A DNA stretch of 64,000 nucleotides from Octopus sinensis (Eukaryota): positions 39,432,001 through 39,496,000 of the forward strand of contig NC_042998.1 in the NCBI RefSeq assembly GCF_006345805.1. Reading direction: 5' to 3'. Numbering within the stretch: position 1 is the stretch's first letter; the number at the start of each line of letters is the position of its first letter. The notes beneath the pieces are model-generated. The model searched no databases. It was not told the origin of the DNA and saw only the letters and a list, made by a program, of their open reading frames with translations. This document shows positions 11,646-22,577 of the stretch, piece by piece. The translations under genes and the position numbers were made by a program.

Positions 11646-12739
11646 TACATAATATCTACATACAAAAATAATACAAATTCATGAAGTAGATATTCTGTAT
11701 TAGCTGCTGCCACATTATATTTTAACACAAGTTATAATATATAACAGACGTTTTCAGGAATGGGAACAAAAAGTTTGGTTTTCTTTTTAATTAGAGTTTG
11801 AAATAAGTGTGTGTAGTGTATGCAGTTTACTTTTTCTCTTTATTTCAAAACAATTTCATCATCCAACAATACAAGTCAAAAGTTTTAATCAGTATGGGAA
11901 ATGTCTTGCTTTTCGCTAACATAAAAAGTGCCATTTTATTGAGAGAGAGAAAAAAAAAAAAAAAGAGATCAGATCTTGAAGGGTCTATTCCACAATGCTC
12001 TGCAAGAAAGCCATTTTTCAAACTTAGTGAAATTATTTTATTCTCTTTTATACTAATAAAATAAAATTGAGAAATAACTTAATGAGGATCCAAGTGGACA
12101 GAAAGTGAAAACAGCAATTTATATTGAGTTAGATATGTTTCTGTTACAAAGATTTTATGTAATAAATTGGTTATAAAATGCATTTGATAAAAACAGTAAA
12201 GACTACTTAAAATGATTCATCAAAGCAAATGTGAACAATTATAGAGAATTAAAATTTATACCAGATTCCATGATGATGATTCCATAATGTATGTGAGAGT
12301 AAGATGCAGACATGTCTCAGCAGTGCAAGCACTGAGACGATCATTTTGGGTCAATGTTACATTCTCGTAGGAGTGTTAATGGCCTAAGTTTTCCAAGAAG
12401 GAAAATGTGAAGCGTTGCAGCTTTATATACCAATATTAGCTTTGAAAGCTAAGGATATCCAACTGGTGAACAGACTGAAATTTGTCAAGAAATTTAAATA
12501 GTTAGAAAAAAAAAAAAAAGAGCCAAACTCCTCCTCAATTCAGTTTCCATGGCTAACCTCACTTATGGTGTATAAATGTCAAAGGAGTACAATCATGAAC
12601 ACAAGCAGCAGAAATGGGGCTCCTCTGACAGATCTCAATTGGATGCATAGCTTGGAGATCAAGGGGTCTCTCCATGTCAATCTGCTACTTCTCCACACTG
12701 AGGAGGGGTCAAAGCTCCAGTGCTACAAACAAATGCTAT

Positions 12740-13085
12740 CACAGGAAAGAAACCTGACGGATTCTTCAAGCCAACAGGAAGAAGATGTAACATTAGACCC
12801 AAAGCGAGATGGTCAATAGTATTCGGTCACATTAGTCACACTCAGAAATTCAATTGGAAAATGGTTTCTGGCAGGATTGTGGGGGGTGGGGGGCTTAAGA
12901 CTCTACCCTATGATCTTCCTAGGCAGTAAAGATGGATGGATGGAGAATAACAAAGACACACAATTGCAGACTTATAGAAACGGGACGATTCATTGGATGA
13001 ACCCCAGGATGTGCCTGCTGCTGCTAATTGTTTTACTGGCCCAAAATGGAATAAGAAGCAAAAACCAATTTTGGCAAGATGTCAA
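12740..13085 (+). mobile_element. Possible highly decayed Tc1/mariner transposase remnant
   Basis: WSIVF....KFNW...GGGG peptide resembles the Tc1 W..V.FSDE.KFNL...GGGS region. Weak. Confidence 0.3.
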
Positions 13086-13099
13086 CCGATTAAATTACA

Positions 13100-13365
13100 T
13101 ATCTTTTATCTTTTACTTGTTTCAGTCATTTGGCTGTGGCCATGCTGGAGCACCATCTTCAAGAAATTCAGTTAACTGAACTGACCCCAGCACTTTTTTT
13201 TTTAAAAGCCCGATACTTATTCTATTGATCACTTTTGCTGAACTGCTAGGTTAAAAGGACATAAATGCACCAACACTGGTTGCCAAGTAGTGGTGAGAGA
13301 TACACAGACAGACATACAAATTCCTTTCAGTTTCCATCTAGCAACACTGCTTGCAAGGCATTGGG
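13100..13365 (-). mobile_element. tRNA-derived SINE 3' part
   Basis: TTTTACTTGTTTCAGTCATTTGGCTGTGGCCATGCTGGAGCACC...TACTTATTCTATTG is the reverse of the SINE tail. Similar copies occur at 19835-19880 and 20068-20225. Confidence 0.7.
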
Positions 13366-16300
13366 CAGCCCAGCTTCTGGCCAGACAGCCACATCTGCAT
13401 TCGATATGTATAACTAATTTGATAATTAACATTCAATCGTTATAAGTTACAAACTAGAAACTACTTTTTAATGCGAAATATATTTTCTGTTGATAAGTAT
13501 TGTCAAAAAAAGTTTTAAGATTTGTTCTTATCTTTACTGGAAAGGTTGGCATAATTGGTTGAGCAGCATTCATTGACAGTGTAAATAAAAATTTGACTAG
13601 CATCGACAAAATAAGTCATTCACACCTAAACTACGATAAAACTTTAAAAGCCCATAACATCTAAATTCTTGATTTATAGCTAAAAATTATTTCTTGGTCT
13701 TTTTCAGCTTCTATAAGAAGAAAAATTTAATTATTAAAATATCAATTCTTAATAACTGTTCACATCTGATAATGTTCAAACAAGAATCCTCAGAAATTGC
13801 AAATCCAAGTTTTCCAGTTTGTCATTTTTTTCCTATCAGTAAATAATTCTTGAAGCATCAAGAATTATTATTACCTGTCAGGATTCAGATAATTATTGGA
13901 AGATTGCAAGTTTAAATCCTGCATTATGACATGAATCAAAATACATTTTCATTCCAACTGTAATTTATAGCTTGCATCGCATCCTTTGTACAAAAGTAGA
14001 ATTAGAGAGAAAAATGACAAAACTTTTTATATTAACATTTATAGTTTTTTTGCTCAATGAAACAAAGGTTTCACATACTGATCTCATTAAACAGAAAAAT
14101 AGAGAAAATTTACATATCACATCAAATTTATGAAATGAATTGTAAAATCACATTAAGATGGGAAACAAATAAAAAAAAAAAAAGGTAATTATTACTAAAT
14201 TCACAGAAATGTCCAACTATAAAAATGAAAAAAACCTGTTGATGAGCCCTGATTGAAGAGACCTTTGATCAAAGGTTTTCCATCTGGAACCACCTCATTT
14301 TGTTTTCAGAAATAAAGTATCTGGGAATACAATATTTCAATGTTTCTTTTTTGAGATGTTAAGTTAGTTAGTTAATTTTTTTGGCTCAAAAAGCAAAAAG
14401 CAAGGCCATGTAGGGGGATGGTAGGATGTGGGCTAAGATAATTTGGCTGCTTTTTCTAGTAAGTCATGCGACTCCACTGAGGCTTCCTCATTGACATAGT
14501 GGTTTAGGGTTACAATCTTTAGCTGAAAGAAAGGTGTAAAGGGACAAAGAGAGTAAATTTTAGACTGGCAGAACTTCAATTAGTTAAATTATAGGATGGA
14601 GGTTGAGTAAAATGTATAAAGATGTGGTGACAGACAATCTAGTATGTACAAAGAGACGGTTGTAATTTAGTGTTGGCTGGATATGACAGAGGTGTTTTTA
14701 GTGCAAATCTTAAAAGGGTTAATTCCTTGTATGACGATGATCCCTCACAACCATCACAAAATGTCAAGACAAGAGTACAAACATACACTCCTTACATGAT
14801 GGGTAGGCTTCTTTCAGTTTCCATCTACCAATTCCACTCACAGGGATTTTGGTCAGCCTGGAACTATAACAGAAGATAGTTGCTCAAAGCACTGCAAAGT
14901 GGACATGAACTCCAAACCACATGGTTGGAAAGCAAGCTTTTTTAACCCTGACCTTACCTGGGTATTGTATGGAGGGGGGGAAATGACTGTTCAGTATAAA
15001 ATGTAATCAAACATTTAGCAGCAAATATTTTTTACTTAAAACTTAAAAGTATTTTTAAAAATTCAATTGAAAACCTTCATATTAAACACGTTTTTTAACC
15101 AGATTTCCCAAACTGGTAGTTGCAGGTTTAATATTGATTTTCTCTGACTAGACACAAAACCAATGCCAAGGGCTGGTGCCAGTATCTTATCGCTCATCTA
15201 CTTATTTTAGTAATTAAATCAACCACAGCAATGTTTCAACTAAGAATAATGAATCAAAACTTGACTAGATGCACTAAAGTATCCTGTTCAACATCAAAAT
15301 ATATATTTGCAGGTTTGGTTTTCATTCTTTACATGGGTTCAAGTTCTCAAATAAAAAAGGAGTTGGGGGGGGGGCCTAAAGCCACTTTCAAACAAAAAAG
15401 TGGAGGCGGGGGGTCCTCTTTCAATCAGACTAAAGATCCAATTGAAATGATTTAGCTTTCGGATCAAAATGGAAGCAGAATAACCACAAGAAATAACTGC
15501 AAGACAATTTCTTTAGCTTTTGCTGTGCCTGGGCAGAGTCACAGTGCCTCAATGTAACACAATCACCGGTTCGATTTCCACATTGCTGCATTTGCAACTG
15601 TATCAATGGATTTTTAATCTCTAGCTTTAATATTAAACTATTCAACTGAAAACCTTTTGAGTTGGCCGGAAGAAGAAAACAGACTGAACTGACTCAAACT
15701 TTTGTTTACAGACCATGAAGAATGAAAGTTGGTCCCAACAGCATCTTGGAATAGTTTAAGACTGCATCAGAAAGTTCTGGAGAGAATCAGGTTCTAACTT
15801 TTACATGGATAATCCATTGATGGAATTTTTTTTTAATACTTGGAAGAGTTTTGAATAGATAAAATTTTTCTTCTTTTAAATAATAATAATAATTACTCAG
15901 CAACCAGCACTATAAGTGGTGCTAATTAACCAAAATCAACTGAAAGAGAACTTGATGCAAGAAATAGTTTATCTCTGAGAGAGAGAGTGTGATATTTTAA
16001 CAAAAAAATATTTATGTGGGTGTTACCAACCATGACTAAAAATGCCTAAAATAATTTCACAAAATTTTGAGTTTAAGAGTGGCAGCAAAAGATTTTTTTT
16101 TAAATTTGACATTTACAAAAATGGAATTTTCCCTATTATGTTTAAGATTTCTGAACATTCTATTTTGGTAAATACAAGCTGACAAAACATATCATACAGA
16201 TAATCACAAATGTTTGGAAATAAAATCTCCAAATCTTTTGGTTCACAGGAGTAAAAAAACATAAAACAGTAACATTTACACTTTACCTATAATATAGATT

Positions 16301-16499
16301 TATTTTCTATTCTCCTCTGAGTGAGCGGGTGATTCATAACAAAAATGTATATACAACTTTTTAATTACATTTGTAAAGAATTTTAAAAGAAAGTTTTAAC
16401 TGTTCTGGACCCATTGAAATTCAAAAATCTTTTTTCAAGTTCTTAAAAATTAAAAATGAAAGGCATGACAAACATTAAGAATTCATAAGCAAGCATTTT

Positions 16500-16661
16500 T
16501 CAACTTTGCTTTTCTCTGCTGCTATTTGATAGTGTTCGTGTTCGGAACCTTCGAGGGATTTTGCTATAAGCAAAATCTATCATAAGACTACTGTTGAGGA
16601 CCTGCTGAGCACTAGGTCGTTCGGCCGGATCAGGTGAAAGCAGAATGTTGAGCAAGTCACA
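16500..16661 (-). CDS. EIF2AK3: PERK terminal coding exon (CDLLNILLSPDPAERPSAQQVLNSSLMIDFAYSKIPRRFRTRTLSNSSREKQS*)
   Basis: TTTTTCAG acceptor, 162 nt, phase 0. Kinase subdomain XI (P.ERP.A). TGA at 16502-16500. Confidence 0.92.
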   Translation of the reverse strand, partial: CDLLNILLSPDPAERPSAQQVLNSSLMIDFAYSKIPRRFRTRTLSNSSREKQS

Positions 16662-18227
16662 CTGAAAAATTGAAGGAAAAGCAAATACAAATTTGGCAAC
16701 ATTTTAAGAGATTTTCACAGCAAATAATTAAGAGTCAATAATTTTATAATTTTTAACATCACATGATATTTGGTTTGGTTTATTACAGTACTTGCAGAAG
16801 ATGAATAATGTATCTGATCTATGGACACAGCTCTTGGATTGCTTTCCTTCAGGTCATCCAGCAGTTATAGGTGTCATAACTAATCCCTTGACCAATTGGT
16901 CAAACCTTGGACAAGTAGTTCAAGAAGTGATAAGCAAAACTGTTAACTACAGGTGAAGTTGATGCCAAATTTAAGAATTCTCAACATCAAGCAATCTCAC
17001 TGTGTTCCTCCTTTTCGGTAAAGGAAGAACTTTATAAAATAGAAAGACACGTGATAGTTATTCTGTTTGCTTAATCTGGCAAAGAAAGCAAAACACCAGA
17101 AGCATCACACGAGACCTTTTCATTTGTAGATATTGAATACTTGTAATTTGGTAATCAAGAGAATAAGTGAAGTAACAAATAATATAGTTAGGACAGTAGA
17201 AAGAGAGGCTACACTATCTTCAAATAGAAAGAGACAACACTATCTTCAAATAGAAAGAGATAATGATTAACTAACAATCAAAACCTTGAATTTTTCTTCT
17301 TCTTTTTTTTTTAAATCAGTCATTATAACTGCTTTTTTGAAATTATAAAAAACTATATATAATCTCATCATCATCGTTGTTTAACGTCCATTTTCCATGC
17401 TGAAATGGATTGAATGGATTGATTGAGGACTGGCAAGCCAGGAGGCTGCACCAGGCTCCAATCTGATCTGGCAAGGTTTCTACAGCTGGATGCCCTTCCT
17501 AACACCAACCACTCCAAGAGTGTAGCGAGTGCCTTTTACATGCCACTGGCATCAACCACATAGGTAGCACTGGCATTGACTGTCAGAATTATTGCTTTCT
17601 GCTAATTTGTGGCAGATTCCAAATTCTGTTTATGGAAACCTGAATTTTATTTGCTTTTAGATATTTTATTGATTCAGAGCTTTAGTATTGTATTAAAATT
17701 AATCTGGAGTTAACTTCTGATTAGATTATCCCAGTAATCATTGGTTAAAATACTAAAAGACTTAAATCCTGCTTTTGTAGCATTAAGCAAATATGAGTCA
17801 AATCTTTTGGAACAAAACCCTGCAGCTAACTCACCCAGATTTCAAACCTATTCTCAGTGATAGGGTTAATGAGTTATAAAGAAGAGACAAGATGCTGTAA
17901 AAGAATTTGAATTTATGAACAAGGTGATAATACAACATCTATAATTCAAAGAAGCTTATATTGCTTGTTCAACCATTTATGCTACACAATGTATACGCTA
18001 AGTACAAATCAGATTTTTTTTTTGAGAGTGGAGGACATCACCTGCCAGTCTAATGTCCAATCCAGATAGCTCTTATCTACGTAAGATTATTGAAATCACA
18101 TCTTTTAAGTATTGATGTATTTTCTATTGATCTCTGTGATTTGGAAAAAGGGTTAACTTCAAATAGATAAAATTTTGCTTTTTATTTAAAAAAAAATCCT
18201 TCATAAATTACAAAGTAAATTACTTAC

Positions 18228-18407
18228 TGTTTCGTCTTGATAACATTCGGGACTAAACGTATGAAAGTCATCGGGATACCGTCGCTTTTTTACATCTTGA
18301 AGTTTTTTCCTACGTTCAGATTCCGTATCAAAAGGGTAAAATAATTCAAAAAGAATCATCCCTAAAGCAAAAATGTCGACTTTTTCATTGTAATCCTTTC
18401 CATTAAT
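18228..18407 (-). CDS. EIF2AK3: PERK exon, kinase subdomains IX-X (INGKDYNEKVDIFALGMILFELFYPFDTESERRKKLQDVKKRRYPDDFHTFSPECYQDET)
   Basis: TAG acceptor, GTAAGT donor, 180 nt phase 0-0. KVDIF.LG.ILFEL.YPF.T..ER is diagnostic of eIF2-alpha kinases. Confidence 0.95.
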
Positions 18408-18568
18408 CTATAAAGAATTTTATAAAAAAAAAAACACACAGATGTGAAAATTTTTTTTAAATAAGAAAATACACAGACAAGAAAATCCACTTGAAGTTGC
18501 AAGTAAATTTTGACTCATTTCTTTGAAACGAAAGATTCTCTTGTCTGTGAAAACTTGGATTGACTCCC

Positions 18569-18780
18569 TTAATCCTTTAGTACTGAAACCAGCCCTGTCC
18601 AGTCCACATATTTTACCTGTTATATGTTCAAACTGGTCAGATCCAGCCTCTTACACCTACCCTAAAAATGTTATTCTAAAAATAAACAAACATGAAAAGC
18701 TTGAAGCTATGAGATAATCCATGATTATTTGAAAACAATGCAAATAAATAAATATTAGACAACGCAATCTGAACACTAAA
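18569..18780. mobile_element. Degenerate piggyBac-type MITE (same family as 32794-33015)
   Basis: Starts TTAATCCTTTAG. The internal sequence (ATGTTCAAACTGG.CAGATCCAGCC...CACCTA) is shared with 32794-33015. Confidence 0.55.
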
Positions 18781-18825
18781 CCTTATTTTCTTTTTACAGA
18801 ATTTTTAATACTAGATGAAAGGATA

Positions 18826-19105
18826 AAGACCCCCTTTAGCCATGAATGACCATGGCATTGCACCTAGAAAGTTCCCCTCCATGGCACAAGCCTGGGCACA
18901 GTTGTTAATGAAAAAGCAGCAGTCATCCCTGCACTTCAGCCTCCACCAATGTTATCCAAGGGAAAGACAAAGCCTGATACAGCTTGACAACATGAAATAA
19001 AGTGTCTTGCTCAAGAACACAACACACAGCCCCGTCTGAGAATCAGACTCACAACCTCATGATTGAGCCTGATACTCGAACCATTGAGCCATGTGACTTC
19101 ACTTG
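18826..19105 (-). mobile_element. SINE of a second family (tRNA-like head plus distinct 3' body)
   Basis: The minus-strand head (GGCTCAATGGTT...TTGAGCAAGACACTTTATTTCA) resembles 40255-40365 and 48810-48925. The body is homologous to 3846-3997. Confidence 0.55.
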
Positions 19106-19551
19106 ACAAATCATCAAAAACTTACAAATCAAAACAGAGACAAAAATTCCCGAAAAGAAAGACAAAAGGCATTTTGCCATAAAAGAACAGACAAGAACTG
19201 CTGTTGTGTGTGGACATGAATTAGCTGAAGAACTTTTAAGAAAACTACCATGCTTTCCAAAACCTCGACCAAAATAGTATTAAAATTAAAATGATTGACT
19301 GCTACTGGAATTTTAATTGCATTTCTTGAATACCTGACACTAACGATAAATACTTTACGAGATTCCATAACTATCAGCAATTGCTTTTCAGAGGCATTAT
19401 CTTTATCCTTTTAGTTTTTAAGAAGTTTATTTACAGATAAAATTGCTCTTAGAACTTCAAAGCAAATTGCAATTATAACTTTAGTTTGAGAAATTGCACA
19501 CATGATTTATAAAAATCCTTATTTGATAATAAAGAAAAGTGGAAAACTTAC

Positions 19552-19755
19552 CAACTCAGGACTCATGTAGATTTGTGTGCCCACACCACCAGTGTGTCGT
19601 TTGTAGGATACATTTACATATTCCTCAGTGTCTGTTGTTTCTTTCAAGTCGTCTGTTACTTTTGCTTCTGACTCTAAAAAGTTGGTCATGGCTGTTGCCA
19701 ATCCAAAATCCCCGACTTTTATTAAACCATCTTTAGAAAATAAGATATTTGAAGG
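19552..19755 (-). CDS. EIF2AK3: PERK exon, catalytic loop end, DFG and activation loop (PSNILFSKDGLIKVGDFGLATAM...HTGGVGTQIYMSPEL)
   Basis: CAG acceptor, GTAAGT donor, 204 nt phase 0-0. Joins HRDLK|PSN. The activation-loop HT..VGT..YMSPE retains the autophosphorylated Thr of PERK. Confidence 0.96.
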
Positions 19756-20234
19756 CTGCCAAAACCAAAAGTGAAAAATATAAATCCAATTGTAAAACAG
19801 CAGAAAACACTGAACCAGGCATTTTTAATATCATTTTTTACTTGTTTCAGTCATTTGACTGTGGCCATGCTGGGGCACTGCCTTATTATATTCATGTTTT
19901 TACAATGGTTCTCTTATGATAAAACAATTCTGAAAATTGCATGCATGAATATTTTACAGCTACAAAATCTATGCAAGACCAACCTGACTGAATACAATCT
20001 CCATTCTCTTGAAATTCCCAGGTAAAATGAATAAGAAAGCTTATCCAGAAATTTGATATCTTTTTACCTTTTACTTGTTTCAGTCATTGGACTGTGGCCA
20101 TGCTGGGGCAGTACCTAGAAGTTGAATGAATCAAGCCCAGGATTAGGTTTTAAAGCCTGGTACTTATTCTATTGGTACCTTTTGCTGAACCACTAAGTCA
20201 CGGGACGTAAGCCCACCAACATCAGGGTCACATG

Positions 20235-20720
20235 CCAGGGGAAGAAACTAGAAGTAGTTGATAGCTTCCGTTACGTAGGCGACCAAGGAGTGTGTAGGGG
20301 CTAGAATAAGAAGAGCCTGGACAAAGTTCAGGGAGCTCCTACCGCCACTGGCAATTAAGGGCCTCTCGCTCAGGATGAAAGATAGACTGTATGACGCATG
20401 TGTGCGAACAGTCATGCTACACGACAGTGAAACATGGGCTGTGACTGCTGAGGACATGCATAGGCTTGAAAGAAATGAAGCTAGTATGATCTGCTGGATG
20501 TGTAATGTCAGTGTGTATACACGACAGAGTGTTAGTGCTCTGAGAGAAAATTGGACATAAGAAGCATCAGATGTGATGTGCAAGAGAGATGACTGTGCAG
20601 TATGGACATGTGTTACATAAGGATGATGATAGCTGAGAGAAAGTGCCACACCCAAACTGTAGAAGGAACCTGTGGAAGAGGTAAACCAAGGAAGACATGG
20701 GACGAGGTGGGGAAGGATGA
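20235..20720 (+). mobile_element. RTE LINE RT C-terminal fragment
   Basis: KLEVVDSFRY, RLYDACVRTVMLHDSETWAVTAED and EGTCGRGKPRKTWDEV peptides. Confidence 0.85.
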
Positions 20721-20725
20721 TATAT

Positions 20726-20997
20726 ATCATCATCATCATCGTTTAACATCCGCTTTCCATGCTAGCATGGGTTGGACGATTTGACTGAGGACTAGCGAAC
20801 CTGATAGCTGCACCAGGCTCCATTCTGATCTGGCAGAGTTTCTACAACTGGATGCCCTTCCTAATGCCAACCACTCTGAGAGTGCAGTGGGTGCTTTTAA
20901 AAGCCTCCGGCACAAGGGCCAGTCAGGCGATACTGGCAACGGCCCTCTCAAATGGTGTTTTTACATGCTACCTGCACTGGCAACAACCTCGCCATAT

Positions 20998-21055
<58 letters not shown>

Positions 21056-21317
21056 CCTGGCCCCGTGCCGGTGACACGTAAAAGCACCATCCGTTCGTGG
21101 CCGTTCGCCAGCTCTGTCTGGCACCTGTGCAGGTGGCACGTAAAAAAACACCCACTACACTCGCGGAGTGGTTGGCGTTAGGAAGGGCATCCAGCCGTAG
21201 AAACACTGCCAGATCTGACTGGGCCTGACGAAGCCTTCCAGCTTCACAGAGCCCAGTTGACCCGTCCAACCCATGCTAGCATGGAAAGCGGACGCTAAAC
21301 GATGATGATGATGATGA
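20726..21317. mobile_element. Head-to-head pair of RTE 3'-tail elements around a (TA)n tract (- copy 20726-21000; (TA)n 21002-21053; + copy 21054-21317)
   Basis: (CAT)n at the left end and (GAT)n at the right end, with mutually inverted bodies. Confidence 0.85.
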
Positions 21318-21321
21318 TATA

Positions 21322-21377
<56 letters not shown>

Positions 21378-21694
21378 TGCATATATATATATATATATAT
21401 ATGCATATATGTATGTATATTATATATATATATATATATAATATATATATACATACATATATGCATATATATATATATATATATACATACATATATGCAT
21501 ATATATATATATATATATATACATACAATATGCATATATATATATATATATATATGCATATATGTATGTATATATATATATATGCATATATGTATGATAT
21601 ATATATATATATATGCATATATGTATGTATATATATATATTATATATATGCATATATGTATGTATATATATATATATATATATATGCATATATG

Positions 21695-21748
<54 letters not shown>

Positions 21749-21838
21749 CATACATATATGCATATATATATATATATATATGCATATATGTATGTATATA
21801 ATATATATATATACATGCATATATATATATATATATAC
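21318..21838. repeat. Compound (TA)n microsatellite with TGCA/TGTA interruptions
   Basis: Directly visible. It is the source of the spurious YI-repeat ORFs. Confidence 0.98.
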
Positions 21839-22577
21839 ATCTTCCACAACTTACATACATTTGCCGCTAATCATTTTTTTTTAAATGTTTGAACTTATAC
21901 ACTAACGAGCTTGCCTTCCCTATCTTATTCTTTCTCTACGAAATTTAATCCCTTTAGGTACCCTCTATCCTTCTCTACGAAGTTTAATTCGATCTTCACC
22001 ACGCTTTCCCTATCTTATTCTTTCTCTACGAAATTTAATCCCTTTAGGTACCCTCTATCCTTCTCTACGAAGTTTAATTCGATCTTCGCCACGCTTTCCC
22101 TATCTTATTCTTTCTCTACGAAATTTAATCCCTTAAGATACCCTCTATTCTTTCTCTACGAAGTTTAATCCGATCTTCGCCATTCGCGGTATCTTCAAAA
22201 ACGAAAATCGCCATTATCATTACCATTCCCAAATTCAAACTTCCGTCTTCTCCAAATCAGAGACTTCCGGTCAATCCATCTAAAGGCACCTGGTCCCCAC
22301 CCCCACCCCTATCATTCTTCCTGATCACCGATGTTCACAGCAAGTCTATATTTTTTCTCTCCCTATCTTCCACAACTTACATACATTTGCCGCTAATCGT
22401 TGTTTTTTTTTTTTTTTAAATGTTTGAACTTATACACTAACGAGCTTGCCTTCCCTATCTTATTCTTTCTCTACAAATTTAATCCCTTTAGGTACCCTCT
22501 ATCCTTCTCTACGAAGTTTAATTCGATCTTCGCCACGCTTTCCCTATCTTATTCTTTCTCTACGAAATTTAATCCCT

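Noticed and set aside
17197-17260. 26-bp tandem duplication
   Set aside because: Ordinary intronic slippage with no functional indication.
21155-21892. Long YI-repeat ORFs (also 25236-25937)
   Set aside because: These are translations of (TA)n microsatellites that lack stop codons, not genes.
21911-22170. Regular repeats resembling a CRISPR array
   Set aside because: The intervening sequences are themselves repeated, there are no unique spacers or cas genes, and the context is a eukaryotic intron.
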